From: a virus | Taxonomy: Duplodnaviria; Heunggongvirae; Uroviricota; Caudoviricetes | Length of the DNA stretch: 64,000 bases | Reading direction: 5' to 3' (one strand) | Virus record (IMG/VR): IMGVR_UViG_3300028887_000001 | Span: 220,088-284,087 of that record | In this document: positions 32,101 through 40,548 of the stretch, piece after piece | How positions within the stretch are numbered: the first letter of the stretch is position 1 | How the letters are laid out: each line of letters starts with the position of its first letter | Notes under the pieces: model-generated | Databases searched by the model: none | Seen by the model: only the letters and a program-made list of their open reading frames with translations | Told to the model about the DNA's origin: nothing | Made by a program: the position numbers and the translations under genes

Positions 32101-32213
32101 AGTTCCTTAATCTTATAATTCTGACTAGCATCTATTGCCTTTTGTTGTTGCTTTGCTGACACGAGAGGTGTAGAAGCGTCCTTGTATCCGTAACAATCTA
32201 ATGAATATGCCAT
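29139..32213 (-). CDS. Tail fibre / receptor-binding protein with C-terminal parallel beta-helix
   Basis: YRITDY...AGHQFDIIV and NDLPYDFKN segments resemble Bacteroidota-phage fibre proteins. Asn-ladder repeats (GNN, YNVFG, HNIIGN, HNTIGN) at the C-terminus. Confidence 0.72.
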   Translation of the reverse strand: MAYSLDCYGYKDASTPLVSAKQQQKAIDASQNYKIKELEASEGGGGKTPKETLVETTYLELVGLRDGGKLIPGCKYRITDYTATVAEDDYIRSAGHQFDIIVTATSNNTVSEKALAIQHEGDTYFSNCDLNAWELDYTLDNTMVFPDDGVFITVAEGEEFSEDGNFIVYPGTYAVRDYNKRTTTLIKSGTTEIVYNETIPSAGTYATVAADGDDYFVVKEGEEKLTVLSGGTFVSTNDIYGEYYDLQRFGNAIVESGGTFGVFYACLGEKNKVLFNTEKFGSVNVPQQNFAKISLLPGTFLYEMLIDKMGMDVNELTIIKSGTTEISGETMVIWTGVIETILFFVSKGDKVGDNVYYAGYYDGSGSDIEINEDDSYEILSVGTKKSKTYTSWQVEYDSPAFVLSDGQNIGSTSYIAFILDGGTYISYDLPLQFIAKDVVSDGQECIVWKYSNGSVCSFGDAVGSALYDLESVLELVQIDGSENKPVRIKNIQIGYTFLYPIQKSVTIKDGDSVFAWSYLGKDGGVSLTDTVGSTIFFGKVFDDYVDVAGVAGTIDAIDVIDDNTQPIVWYDILEDSFCISFNENPGFMTYDHNDYETFPIGKVNEKIEIPEGTLYKKFLSSIDGVVGPSDEVGSYVFYTMYGDGNIGHVAFSEKTKIISKQTVYSGGKGVITRMKDEYSNDLPYDFKNMQFKRWKISNLSGFTDTLTQHNYGGKYLGVLGHLPGYSSGSSYVNYVSIEDTTDFIWAYTFSGFDALDGGTVTDASIDGSSTGNIIMQPYYDKDIIIHGGGTRCYNCGNNVFYGLARGNIIGPNCSCNTSSHSFRGNNLGSGCGNNIFMSSVYGNKFLNDFSRNFIGEVVAYNVFGYASRNNVINYRCMYNFFGNGLATNEMNDYVQHNIIGNSFSFNSIKGYFNHNTIGNDVGGISVASGGVSVYESNFNYNTIGNSCKRINFEKAYVEGVCVEDGNQIITITSTETTSISNKLRNFIVGRGVNNTTRRKTISHDTVNDTIRTTYESSGSTIVNV

Positions 32214-32235
32214 ATTGTATTTCTAGTTTATTATA

Positions 32236-33411
32236 TTATCTTATGTAAATGTTAATGAATGGCTTTGTTTTCTGTATTTCGAGATTTGCCTGAACGAACT
32301 TCTGCATATTCTCTGCCATATTCCATGGTAACATTGCCTCATATCTCGCCTTTAATTCTCCTATCACTCTTTCTCTTTCAGCCTTGCCATCATCGTGGTA
32401 CATCTGCCAGTTCAACGTTGCTTCACTGTCTGGTATTTTAATAACACCATTATACCTACCGAATTTATTTCCAAGTGTAATCTGACACCAAGCAAGTAAT
32501 AATTGCCTTACCGTCTGTTGTGCCTGATAATTCATCAATTCGAACTTCATTGCTTCCAATGGAACGTCACTTGGAGAAAGCATTAGTGTATCTCTATGCT
32601 CAAGCCTACACTCATCTATTTGTTCTTGGCTTCCGTCTGTCTCATAGTAGTTATACCAGACATAACAATCCTTGAATCTACCCCATCCCTTATCATCAAT
32701 TGCCATGTTTCCGAATGTGTTTGGGTTTAATATACCAGGAACCGACAGCAGATGTAATAAATGTGTACCATCTGGTCCTAGTGTAATCTTATAAGCCAAA
32801 TCATTCATAAAGAACTTGTTCTTATACTTCAAGTCAGCAGCAAGCAATGCGGTATCATATGCACTTCCAATGTAGCCATAGAAGCCATTAAAACCTGCTG
32901 CACCACCAAACTGTGTCCCAAAGCCAAGGCCACCATTAAATGCATAGCCAAGACCACCATTCTGTGAAAACATTGCAGCTTTTGTTGTGCTTGGAGTTAT
33001 CCACATAACCCTGTTCACCTCACGACCAGCCGGAATGACATAAACCTGTTTTCCTGGTTCAATTGGTATGAAATCCTTCTTCAACTCATATTTCGGGTTT
33101 GTTCCCCTTGCCTGAAGACCAACCTCTTTCGAACACCATTGAGCATAAGAAAGCGTCCAGTCCATTGTTCTTGTTGTCAACGCATATGCCAAATCAAGTG
33201 GTGAATTAACAAATTTCGTTTTATCTTTCCCAAGCATGTTCAACCAATTGCTTTGGATGATAAATTGTTGCGTTATTTCAGCATAATCGCCAACGGCCAT
33301 TTTTAACAAGCGACACATATCGTCATCACTTAATGGAACGCTTCTCTCAGGAGCACCAAGAATGGCTCGTATATCGGCAAATAAATCCTTTATTTCTTCA
33401 GTTAAAAGCAT
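32236..33411 (-). CDS. Neck / head-completion protein (T4 gp13-like)
   Basis: IRAILGAP N-terminus, C-terminal LNWQMYHDDGKAERERV, size and position next to the portal gene. Confidence 0.7.
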   Translation of the reverse strand: MLLTEEIKDLFADIRAILGAPERSVPLSDDDMCRLLKMAVGDYAEITQQFIIQSNWLNMLGKDKTKFVNSPLDLAYALTTRTMDWTLSYAQWCSKEVGLQARGTNPKYELKKDFIPIEPGKQVYVIPAGREVNRVMWITPSTTKAAMFSQNGGLGYAFNGGLGFGTQFGGAAGFNGFYGYIGSAYDTALLAADLKYKNKFFMNDLAYKITLGPDGTHLLHLLSVPGILNPNTFGNMAIDDKGWGRFKDCYVWYNYYETDGSQEQIDECRLEHRDTLMLSPSDVPLEAMKFELMNYQAQQTVRQLLLAWCQITLGNKFGRYNGVIKIPDSEATLNWQMYHDDGKAERERVIGELKARYEAMLPWNMAENMQKFVQANLEIQKTKPFINIYIR

Positions 33412-33427
33412 TAAGTTTCTATTTTCT

Positions 33428-33508
33428 TATAAATAGTTGTTAAATTGAATATTAAACTAGTTTAATTTATATTTTAATGGAAAAAACAACTACTAACATA
33501 TATTTATA
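33428..33508. promoter_or_regulatory. Divergent pair of putative late promoters TATTTATA (33428-33435 minus; 33501-33508 plus)
   Basis: The same octamer lies on the sense strand upstream of both divergent genes. Confidence 0.6.
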
Positions 33509-33530
33509 TACATATTAAGACTTAACAATA

Positions 33531-34985
33531 ATGATTTTAGAAAATAACCAGGAAGAAGCAAGACATTTGCCAGAAAAATCAATGAATCGCGTAAAAGCCG
33601 CCATGGATAAATACGCACAAGACGTATTTGGTGATAAATATGGCACTCGTAATGATAGACTTAGCGACACATACTTCCAGAACGGTGAAGCAGAAGTATA
33701 TAATAATGCAGATATACCAAGCGGAATGTTCTCTATTGGCAATCAAAAACTTGATAATCAAACACTTATAATCAATTTTACTTCTGCTCTTGGTTGCCCA
33801 TCTATGAATGATTGCCCAATCACACAAAAGGCTTGTTATGCTGTTGCTGGTGAAAACAGATTAAAAGACGTTAGAAGAAAGAACCTTATTGTACAAAACC
33901 TTATTATGCATGCAAAATCAAGAAATCTTCTTGATGGTTTGTTTGATATTGCAGAACTTTATATTGTCGAGGCAAAAGAACACACAAGATTGCCAATTCA
34001 ATATATAAGATACAATGAGGTTGGTGATTTTGTCGACCAAGATATGCTTGTTAAAGCTGCAAAATTCTCCAAGAAAATGAGAGATGAGTATGGCGTTATT
34101 TCAATGGCTTATACAGCAAATAAAAGGCTTGACCCATCTCAGGAAGTTGACGGTCAGCCAATAGATACAATTATTGCAATTAATCGTTCAAGGAACGATA
34201 TACCACACTCAGAAGATTCTCTTGACAGAAATTTCTTTGGAATTAAGATGCAGAACTTCTCAACAAACCCAAATGTGAATCTTGATAACGCATATTGCGA
34301 TGTTGATTATGTTGAAGACAAAGACTTGCAGAAATTAAAGGTTGAACAACCAATAATGGACCAATGGGGGCACCCGTCAATACCAATCCTCAATAAAGGC
34401 TCTTGGGATGGTGGAAGTGGATATTATTACATTTGTCCATGTTCGTTCTGGAGATACAATAAAGACAAAGCAAGACAAAAGTATCTAGAATCAATTGGTG
34501 TAATTAAATCTGGCGATGAACTACCACAAACAACTCATGCAATGACAAACTTTCTTAAGAACAACCTTACAGATGAGCAGAAAAAAGAACTTGGCTCATT
34601 ATTGAACAAAATAAAATCACCTTGTGGTGTAAAGTGTGCTGTATGTCATGATTTGTCTGGTGGTGTAACACGCGATGGGCAGAAAAACATTAAAAACTAT
34701 GCTGTTTTAGCCGCAACGCATGGCGCTACTGCTGGGAATTATGACCCAGAATACGCTGCTGCAAAAAGAAATGGTGATGATAGTGTTATATATAAGGGAG
34801 ATAAAGATAACCCACATGGATTAGAAAAAAAATATAAAATCCAATATAAGAATAGGTATGGTGATAACGATTCTCCAATACGTCCCGACTTGTTTAAAAG
34901 GAGCGAAGACAACTCAAAACAGATTCAACAGAAAAAGGATGAGTTCAAGAATGAAATGAAAAGATTTTTCGGAAACATCATATAA
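33531..34985 (+). CDS. Cys-rich Gp88-like protein, possible Fe-S/metal binder
   Basis: CPSMNDCPITQKACYA, IRYNEVGDF and CGVKCAVCH motifs resemble the phage Gp88 family pattern. Confidence 0.55.
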   Translation: MILENNQEEARHLPEKSMNRVKAAMDKYAQDVFGDKYGTRNDRLSDTYFQNGEAEVYNNADIPSGMFSIGNQKLDNQTLIINFTSALGCPSMNDCPITQKACYAVAGENRLKDVRRKNLIVQNLIMHAKSRNLLDGLFDIAELYIVEAKEHTRLPIQYIRYNEVGDFVDQDMLVKAAKFSKKMRDEYGVISMAYTANKRLDPSQEVDGQPIDTIIAINRSRNDIPHSEDSLDRNFFGIKMQNFSTNPNVNLDNAYCDVDYVEDKDLQKLKVEQPIMDQWGHPSIPILNKGSWDGGSGYYYICPCSFWRYNKDKARQKYLESIGVIKSGDELPQTTHAMTNFLKNNLTDEQKKELGSLLNKIKSPCGVKCAVCHDLSGGVTRDGQKNIKNYAVLAATHGATAGNYDPEYAAAKRNGDDSVIYKGDKDNPHGLEKKYKIQYKNRYGDNDSPIRPDLFKRSEDNSKQIQQKKDEFKNEMKRFFGNII

Positions 34986-35200
34986 AACCGATAGAAAATA
35001 AAAAATTATGGGAACTGTGCGATAATAACGAAACTGTATATGAGTTTAATGATTACATAGGCTCTTATGACACCGCCAGTGTCGGTGATTTATATGTGAT
35101 ACAAAACTATGGCCTTGCGTTAAGAAACAACCAGCCACAAATTATAATCCTTGACAGTGGGCTAAGTGAAGAAATCTGGAATACACACTATAAAAGATAA
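34955..35200 (+). pseudogene. Start-less C-terminal remnant of a kinase-like gene
   Basis: Open frame with no ATG: ...DYIGSYDTASVGDLYVIQNYGLALRNNQPQIIILDSGLSEEIWNTHYKR*. GDL-x4-N and LDSG resemble the catalytic and DFG loops. Confidence 0.55.
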
Positions 35201-35250
35201 AACACACAATTATGGACAATAAAATTAAAATGCAAGAAAATAAAAAACAT

Positions 35251-35556
35251 ATGAAAAAGAGAATAACAGAATCAGATTTACACAAGATTGTTCATGAATC
35301 AATAAACATGGTATTAAATGAGGGACAATCTGACGGAAAACCAATTGAAAAGTGGAACTATTGGTGTGCAAATTACTACCCAGACTTTATCCAAAAGGCA
35401 TGGGCAGATAAACCAAACATGGCAAAACACCTGGAAGAAAAATTTGGAGCATTCTATGACTCTGTTGGGCCTTATGGTGTAATGCTAAAATTCTATCTTG
35501 CACTAGACAGCACAAACAAGAAGATTCTTGAGGATTATGTCATGAACAATTATTAA
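35251..35556 (+). CDS. Leader-tagged small protein (candidate capsid-internal protein)
   Basis: Begins MKKRITESDLHKIVHESINMVLNE. In-frame upstream ATGs at 35212 and 35230 are also possible starts. Confidence 0.72.
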   Translation: MKKRITESDLHKIVHESINMVLNEGQSDGKPIEKWNYWCANYYPDFIQKAWADKPNMAKHLEEKFGAFYDSVGPYGVMLKFYLALDSTNKKILEDYVMNNY

Positions 35557-35558
35557 TC

Positions 35559-35594
35559 AAAAAGGTGGCTCATTTGAACCACCTTTCTTTTTTT
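35559..35594. terminator. Bidirectional terminator between convergent genes
   Basis: AAAGGTGG...CCACCTTT stem flanked by A- and T-tracts. Confidence 0.75.
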
Positions 35595-37661
35595 TTATTC
35601 ACCTTCTTTATCGTCTATTATCTCATCAAGTGTGTCATTTAGCAAATCATCTAACTTATTAATAACACCATTCATTTCCTCGTTAATCATCAGATTCTTG
35701 TCATAAACATCTACTCTTGGTATCTGAGTATCTTCTTTTTTCTTTGTGTTCATGTTTTCAACAATCTGATTAAACAACTTGTTCGCACGAACCTCATGCT
35801 TTGTTAATGATTGTTCTGTTAATAACTTTCCATTTTTATTAACATTTTCCATTGGAGGGCCTTGTGGGGCTGCATTTGGTTCTGGGCCACCTCCTGGTAC
35901 CATATCGCCAACAGGTTCAATACCTTCTTCTCCACTTATTTCTCCAGTATCACCGCCTGGGCCTCCAAAGTCATCAAAGCCTCCTGTCATTCCGCCACCG
36001 CCACCACCTGACATTCCACCATCTGGGCCACCCATTTCACCCCCATTATCATCAACGTATTCTGCCCCTGGCTCACCATACATTCTATCAACAGTGTCGA
36101 AAATACCACTTCTCTTGATAATCTGTGATGTCTTCTCGTATTCTGCGCTTAATGCCTTTTCGAGACGGATTTCCTCAAGCATATCCTTGATTTCCTTATC
36201 ACTAAACTTAAGAATTCTCTTCCACGCTTCCTGTGCACTCAAAACTGGTATACCATTTCCTGGGTCACTTACAGCATCCCTCATTATTGCAATCTTCTTC
36301 TGCAAGTTTTCCAATTCAAGCTGTTCTGCTTGTGTGCTTGGGTTGTTCATGCTTAAGTTGAAGTTTGTAAGGTCTTCTTCAAAGCCAAGCAAATATAAGT
36401 GTATTGTGGCAATCTTTGTTAATTCCATTAAGAATGCCTGTTGGAATCTGTTAATCGTTCTTGCAAACCTAACATCCATTAGCGCAAGATTCTTTCCGTC
36501 TCCAGTCGCTTCTTCAAAGTTCAGGAATGATTGTGGAATTCTTAATGCAGCACAAACCTTCTTTTGTATATATTTTATGTCATCGATTGCCTCAAGATTT
36601 TTTGCACCGGCAAGTGTTTCTATTGGGTTTGTTGCGTTCATATCACGCACCGGGATGAAGAAATCATCCTGACTACACAAGATATTCTTCCTTAAATCCA
36701 ATTGTCCTGTCATTGGGTCAACAATCGGAGTTCTCTTAAATTGATTTGCGATTTCCTCAACATACGCTGGTATGTCTTCATCGTCTAAAGCACCAACATA
36801 TATTTTGTAAACACGCCTTTCCATCGACCTCTCCAGCCTATATATCAACATCATATCTTCCATTAGTGCAAGCATTCTGAAATGCCTTCTTGCGGCAGAT
36901 AACATTGATACACCATATGGCAAGAACATTGAATTATGAAGCAATCTGAAATGCGCAATCTGCCAATTTCTAAATGGAACCAACTCACCACCGGTCTCAC
37001 TTGTCCACATAAATTTAGTTGATGTGTCTTTTGACCCAGCACCATTCGTCATATTAACAGTTGATGCACCACCATATGGATTGACGATACCACACTCAAC
37101 CCTTTCAACCTCACCAACTGGCAATTGTCTCCAGCCCTTAACGCCAAGGTCTTTATCAATATCAAGAAGCATAAATTGGTTTCCATACTTACACATTGCA
37201 CGAATAACCATTTGCGCTGTTACCTGAAGATTTAACCTATTAACAAATAAATCCTCAAGAATACTCTTAATTCTATCAGATTTTGAACTAACATTAACAA
37301 TTTGGCCGCCATTATTCGGGTTTGGCTGAACACTCTCTTCTGAGCACAAATCAAGCGCAGCACCAATCTCTGGATAAGAATCCATCAAATCAGCATCCCT
37401 GTACATTAATTTAATGTTACTTAAATTTGCAAACGCACTCATTGATAAGTTCTGATTAGCCCTTATCCACCTGTTTGCCAAGTATTTGTTCTGCTGTAAT
37501 TCTAACTTCTTCTCCTGATATTTCTGCGGGTCTTCAGTTGTATATAAAACCTTATCCGGACTTTCCTCTGGTGTTAAATCAGCAATTCCGTTTGATGCAG
37601 ACCACGCCCCATTAAATACCTTTGACATGTTCTGGAACGTCGTATATAATCTATTTGCCAT
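35595..37661 (-). CDS. gp20: Portal protein (T4 gp20-like) with Gly/Pro-rich C-terminal extension
   Basis: PEIGAALD, EDMMLIYRLERSMERRVYKIYVG, DDFFIPVR and IETLAGA motifs. Confidence 0.92.
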   Translation of the reverse strand: MANRLYTTFQNMSKVFNGAWSASNGIADLTPEESPDKVLYTTEDPQKYQEKKLELQQNKYLANRWIRANQNLSMSAFANLSNIKLMYRDADLMDSYPEIGAALDLCSEESVQPNPNNGGQIVNVSSKSDRIKSILEDLFVNRLNLQVTAQMVIRAMCKYGNQFMLLDIDKDLGVKGWRQLPVGEVERVECGIVNPYGGASTVNMTNGAGSKDTSTKFMWTSETGGELVPFRNWQIAHFRLLHNSMFLPYGVSMLSAARRHFRMLALMEDMMLIYRLERSMERRVYKIYVGALDDEDIPAYVEEIANQFKRTPIVDPMTGQLDLRKNILCSQDDFFIPVRDMNATNPIETLAGAKNLEAIDDIKYIQKKVCAALRIPQSFLNFEEATGDGKNLALMDVRFARTINRFQQAFLMELTKIATIHLYLLGFEEDLTNFNLSMNNPSTQAEQLELENLQKKIAIMRDAVSDPGNGIPVLSAQEAWKRILKFSDKEIKDMLEEIRLEKALSAEYEKTSQIIKRSGIFDTVDRMYGEPGAEYVDDNGGEMGGPDGGMSGGGGGGMTGGFDDFGGPGGDTGEISGEEGIEPVGDMVPGGGPEPNAAPQGPPMENVNKNGKLLTEQSLTKHEVRANKLFNQIVENMNTKKKEDTQIPRVDVYDKNLMINEEMNGVINKLDDLLNDTLDEIIDDKEGE

Positions 37662-37763
37662 TTACTACTATACTATAATATAATATATAAATATCTGAAA
37701 CTACAATTCAAGCTAAAAAATTAATTCTTTGTGATATTTATTATTATAATAACATGTTTAAGT

Positions 37764-38309
37764 ATGAAGAGAATTAAATTAACAGAATCACAATTACACA
37801 CAATTATTAGAGAAGCTGTTTCTCGTGTAATAAATGAAGGCAAGGAAGACCATGGCGACTTTTACGATGGTGTTGCATGGGTTAAAAATAGCGATGGAAA
37901 ATATAATTACGTAAATAAACACAACCAACTTATATGCCAGGAATGGTTTGACGATGCCATGGATTTCAGAGATGGTGTTGGTGCTGTGAGAAGAAAGAAT
38001 AAGTGGAATTTCGTTAACAGCCTTGGAGAACTTATTTCCAGAATGTGGTTTGATGATGTGCACTATTCAAGCGAAGGCTATGCAGCAGTTAAGGTTAGTG
38101 ATAATTTTAATCCTGATAACATCCATAAGTGGAACTATATTAACCACGATGGTAAGTTCATATCAAAGAATTGGTTTGATTGGTGTGGGTGGTTTGAAAA
38201 TGGCTATGGAGAGGTTAGAATAGGTGATAAGTATGGCTATATCGACACAAAGGGAGAAACCCCTGTAACAAGGCGCAAAACACGTGAAACTGGCATTGAA
38301 AGAGTTTAA
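37764..38309 (+). CDS. Leader-tagged WG-repeat (KWG-like) protein
   Basis: Leader MKRIKLTESQLHTIIREAVSRVINE, then repeats FxDGVAxV...KWNFVN..G..I...WFD. ATG at 37764 preferred over the track's GTG. Confidence 0.8.
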   Translation: MKRIKLTESQLHTIIREAVSRVINEGKEDHGDFYDGVAWVKNSDGKYNYVNKHNQLICQEWFDDAMDFRDGVGAVRRKNKWNFVNSLGELISRMWFDDVHYSSEGYAAVKVSDNFNPDNIHKWNYINHDGKFISKNWFDWCGWFENGYGEVRIGDKYGYIDTKGETPVTRRKTRETGIERV

Positions 38310-38326
38310 TAAACGTTCTAAAATAA

Positions 38327-38356
38327 TAAAAGCCTTCCGATTGGGAGGCTTTCTTT
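38327..38356. terminator. Bidirectional terminator between the WG-repeat and terminase genes
   Basis: AAAGCCTTCC...GGGAGGCTTT stem. Confidence 0.75.
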
Positions 38357-40255
38357 CTATCTATACCCTGACATTAGCCAGACATACGGATTTTTAATGT
38401 TATTCTCTATTCTTGCTATCTTTTTATTTCTTTTCCATGAATTAGATGTGTAAAATGGACTTATGTGTGAAGATGGCGCTACAGTACTTTCTTCTGTCAT
38501 TTTTGATTTTGGGTAGCTATAATCACTTCCACTCCTTATAAATGCCTTTAATATTGCTGCGTCTCTTGATTTGTCAGCTTCAATCCTTTGAAATGAGAAC
38601 TTATATATAAACAATGCCAACGCACAACATGTTATATTATCATCATGACTTCCTGACTGGTGGTCCATCTTTCCATCTTCGTTCTTGAATATCCACGTAT
38701 CCAACTCATTACATAACCTTGCAGAATGAACTGTAAATGAGCCATCACTTACCATATTTGCAAAGTTCCTTAACAATGAGAACCTATTACCTTGAAAATG
38801 GAATCCAGGCATTCTTTCAGCATATTTTTCATTTGACTTCTCAACCTTCCTCATGTAGTCCTTCATCACCTTATCATCATAATAAAGGTTCTTATACCCC
38901 CAATAATTCATCAACCTCAATAAACAAGCATCACCAGTACCACCAGTTGCATCAACAACCACGTATGCATTATTATACAAACTTGCATATTTGTATATCA
39001 TATCACCCAATTTATCACCAAGAACCCTACCATTGTATTCCATTATTTGTTCTAAGTGTGGCATACCATATTGGTCTTTTCCATCAACATCAATGACTTG
39101 TATTGACGTTCTATCATCAGACGAGCCGACAGACGGGTCACAAGACAAAATGTACCTGTGTCCTTCAACTGGCATCCTCCAAAACCATGTGTCTTCTTCT
39201 GTTGGGTCTGCAAATTCTGCAAGTGGCTCACACACATCCTCTATTCTTATCTTCTCAATCGTTGCTGCTGGTATAACGTTGTCACTTGAACCAAGGAATG
39301 AGACATCAAGCTCCTGTGCAATTCTCATTGGGTCATTATTAAATGACTCACACATCTTTTTATACCACGGTGAAATTGGCTTCCAACCATCCTTTTCAAG
39401 CATTGCCCACTTCTCTATATTGAATTCAACCCTTCCAGCCTCGTCAATTGTCTTTTCTTCTATCCATTCAGTACCACCAGTCTTTTCGTTCTTCCTATAC
39501 CACTTCAGGAATCTATTATACCTTGGGTCTTGGAACCATTTGAATTCAACAATAACAAAACCATTCCTCTTTTCCAATGCCTGTTTATATGTTTGATAGA
39601 ACAATGGGTCGTGACCGTTTGGCGTTGAAATAAGAACAATCTTGGCGTTTGGTACAGCAGATGTTGCAGCAACGGCACTAGCATATGTATCCATTGAATT
39701 CTCAACGAAAGCAGCCTCGTCAATCACAAGTATACCAACACTAGAAATACCTCTGGCCGCATTAGCGGAACTCGCTCTGGCATAAAACCTACAACCATTG
39801 CACAACTCAATATAAGTCTTTGAATTCTTTACAAAAATGTCTTTTGTGTTCTTCTCTGATTTTGGGTCATCTGAATAAAATTCCTCTCCCCAATACCACC
39901 TTGGAACCTGTAATAAAAAGTCCCTTATCTTTGTTATAAGCTCACAAGCCTGTTCAAGTTTATTGGCAATAAGCAGAACATTAAACGGAGACTCAGGCTT
40001 CGCAAAAGTACATTCACCAACAATCCACCCACATGTACATGTGGATATACCACACTGACGATGTTTTGTTGGTATTATCTTATTATACTCAGCTAACATC
40101 TCACAATATGTCTTCTGCCTTGGAAATACAGCAAATGGAACATTCCTTCCCTCAGTACCATCAAACGTACTGAGATACTTTTCCATAAAATATGTCCTAC
40201 TCTTATCAGAATACGCTTTAATGTATTCTTGAGCCATTTCCTTCTTGTCTATCAT
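38357..40255 (-). CDS. gp17: Terminase large subunit (T4 gp17-like)
   Basis: KHRQCGIST Walker-A variant, LVIDEAAF Walker B, ISTPNG coupling motif, nuclease CDPSVG and HDD. Confidence 0.93.
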   Translation of the reverse strand: MIDKKEMAQEYIKAYSDKSRTYFMEKYLSTFDGTEGRNVPFAVFPRQKTYCEMLAEYNKIIPTKHRQCGISTCTCGWIVGECTFAKPESPFNVLLIANKLEQACELITKIRDFLLQVPRWYWGEEFYSDDPKSEKNTKDIFVKNSKTYIELCNGCRFYARASSANAARGISSVGILVIDEAAFVENSMDTYASAVAATSAVPNAKIVLISTPNGHDPLFYQTYKQALEKRNGFVIVEFKWFQDPRYNRFLKWYRKNEKTGGTEWIEEKTIDEAGRVEFNIEKWAMLEKDGWKPISPWYKKMCESFNNDPMRIAQELDVSFLGSSDNVIPAATIEKIRIEDVCEPLAEFADPTEEDTWFWRMPVEGHRYILSCDPSVGSSDDRTSIQVIDVDGKDQYGMPHLEQIMEYNGRVLGDKLGDMIYKYASLYNNAYVVVDATGGTGDACLLRLMNYWGYKNLYYDDKVMKDYMRKVEKSNEKYAERMPGFHFQGNRFSLLRNFANMVSDGSFTVHSARLCNELDTWIFKNEDGKMDHQSGSHDDNITCCALALFIYKFSFQRIEADKSRDAAILKAFIRSGSDYSYPKSKMTEESTVAPSSHISPFYTSNSWKRNKKIARIENNIKNPYVWLMSGYR

Positions 40256-40392
40256 TGAATTGCATCTAACTATATAGATAAATATACAACATTTTACTTT
40301 TTATTTAAGTCGTTGAATATTAAGTATTGTGATAAACATATTTAATCAAGCCACAACCCCACTTTAATTGCTTTCTGTATGTCCGAGAAGCA

Positions 40393-40548
40393 TCATTCTT
40401 TTGACCACCCCCTCTTCCTTAATACTACACCATTGTCTGAAAAGATTTTCTTCAATCCCTTCTTTCCAACCCTGTATTTTAACACCACATTCTCAAGATT
40501 CATTCCTGAGGTGTAATCCAATATCATATCTTTAATGTCACCCACCAT
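40393..40548 (-). CDS. Small HTH-like protein (51 aa) overlapping the endonuclease stop
   Basis: Below the ORF-track cutoff. MVGDIKDMILDYTSGMNLENVVLKYRVGKKGLKKIFSDNGVVLRKRGWSKE*; its ATG overlaps the end of the upstream gene. Confidence 0.5.
   Translation of the reverse strand: MVGDIKDMILDYTSGMNLENVVLKYRVGKKGLKKIFSDNGVVLRKRGWSKE

Noticed and set aside
35040-35200. Apparent intergenic gap as a structured ncRNA or riboswitch
   Set aside because: Better explained as a protein-coding remnant in an open frame; no recognisable RNA motif.
35779-36672. 297-aa plus-strand ORF antisense to the portal gene
   Set aside because: Mirror of the Gly/Pro-rich portal tail; no independent support.
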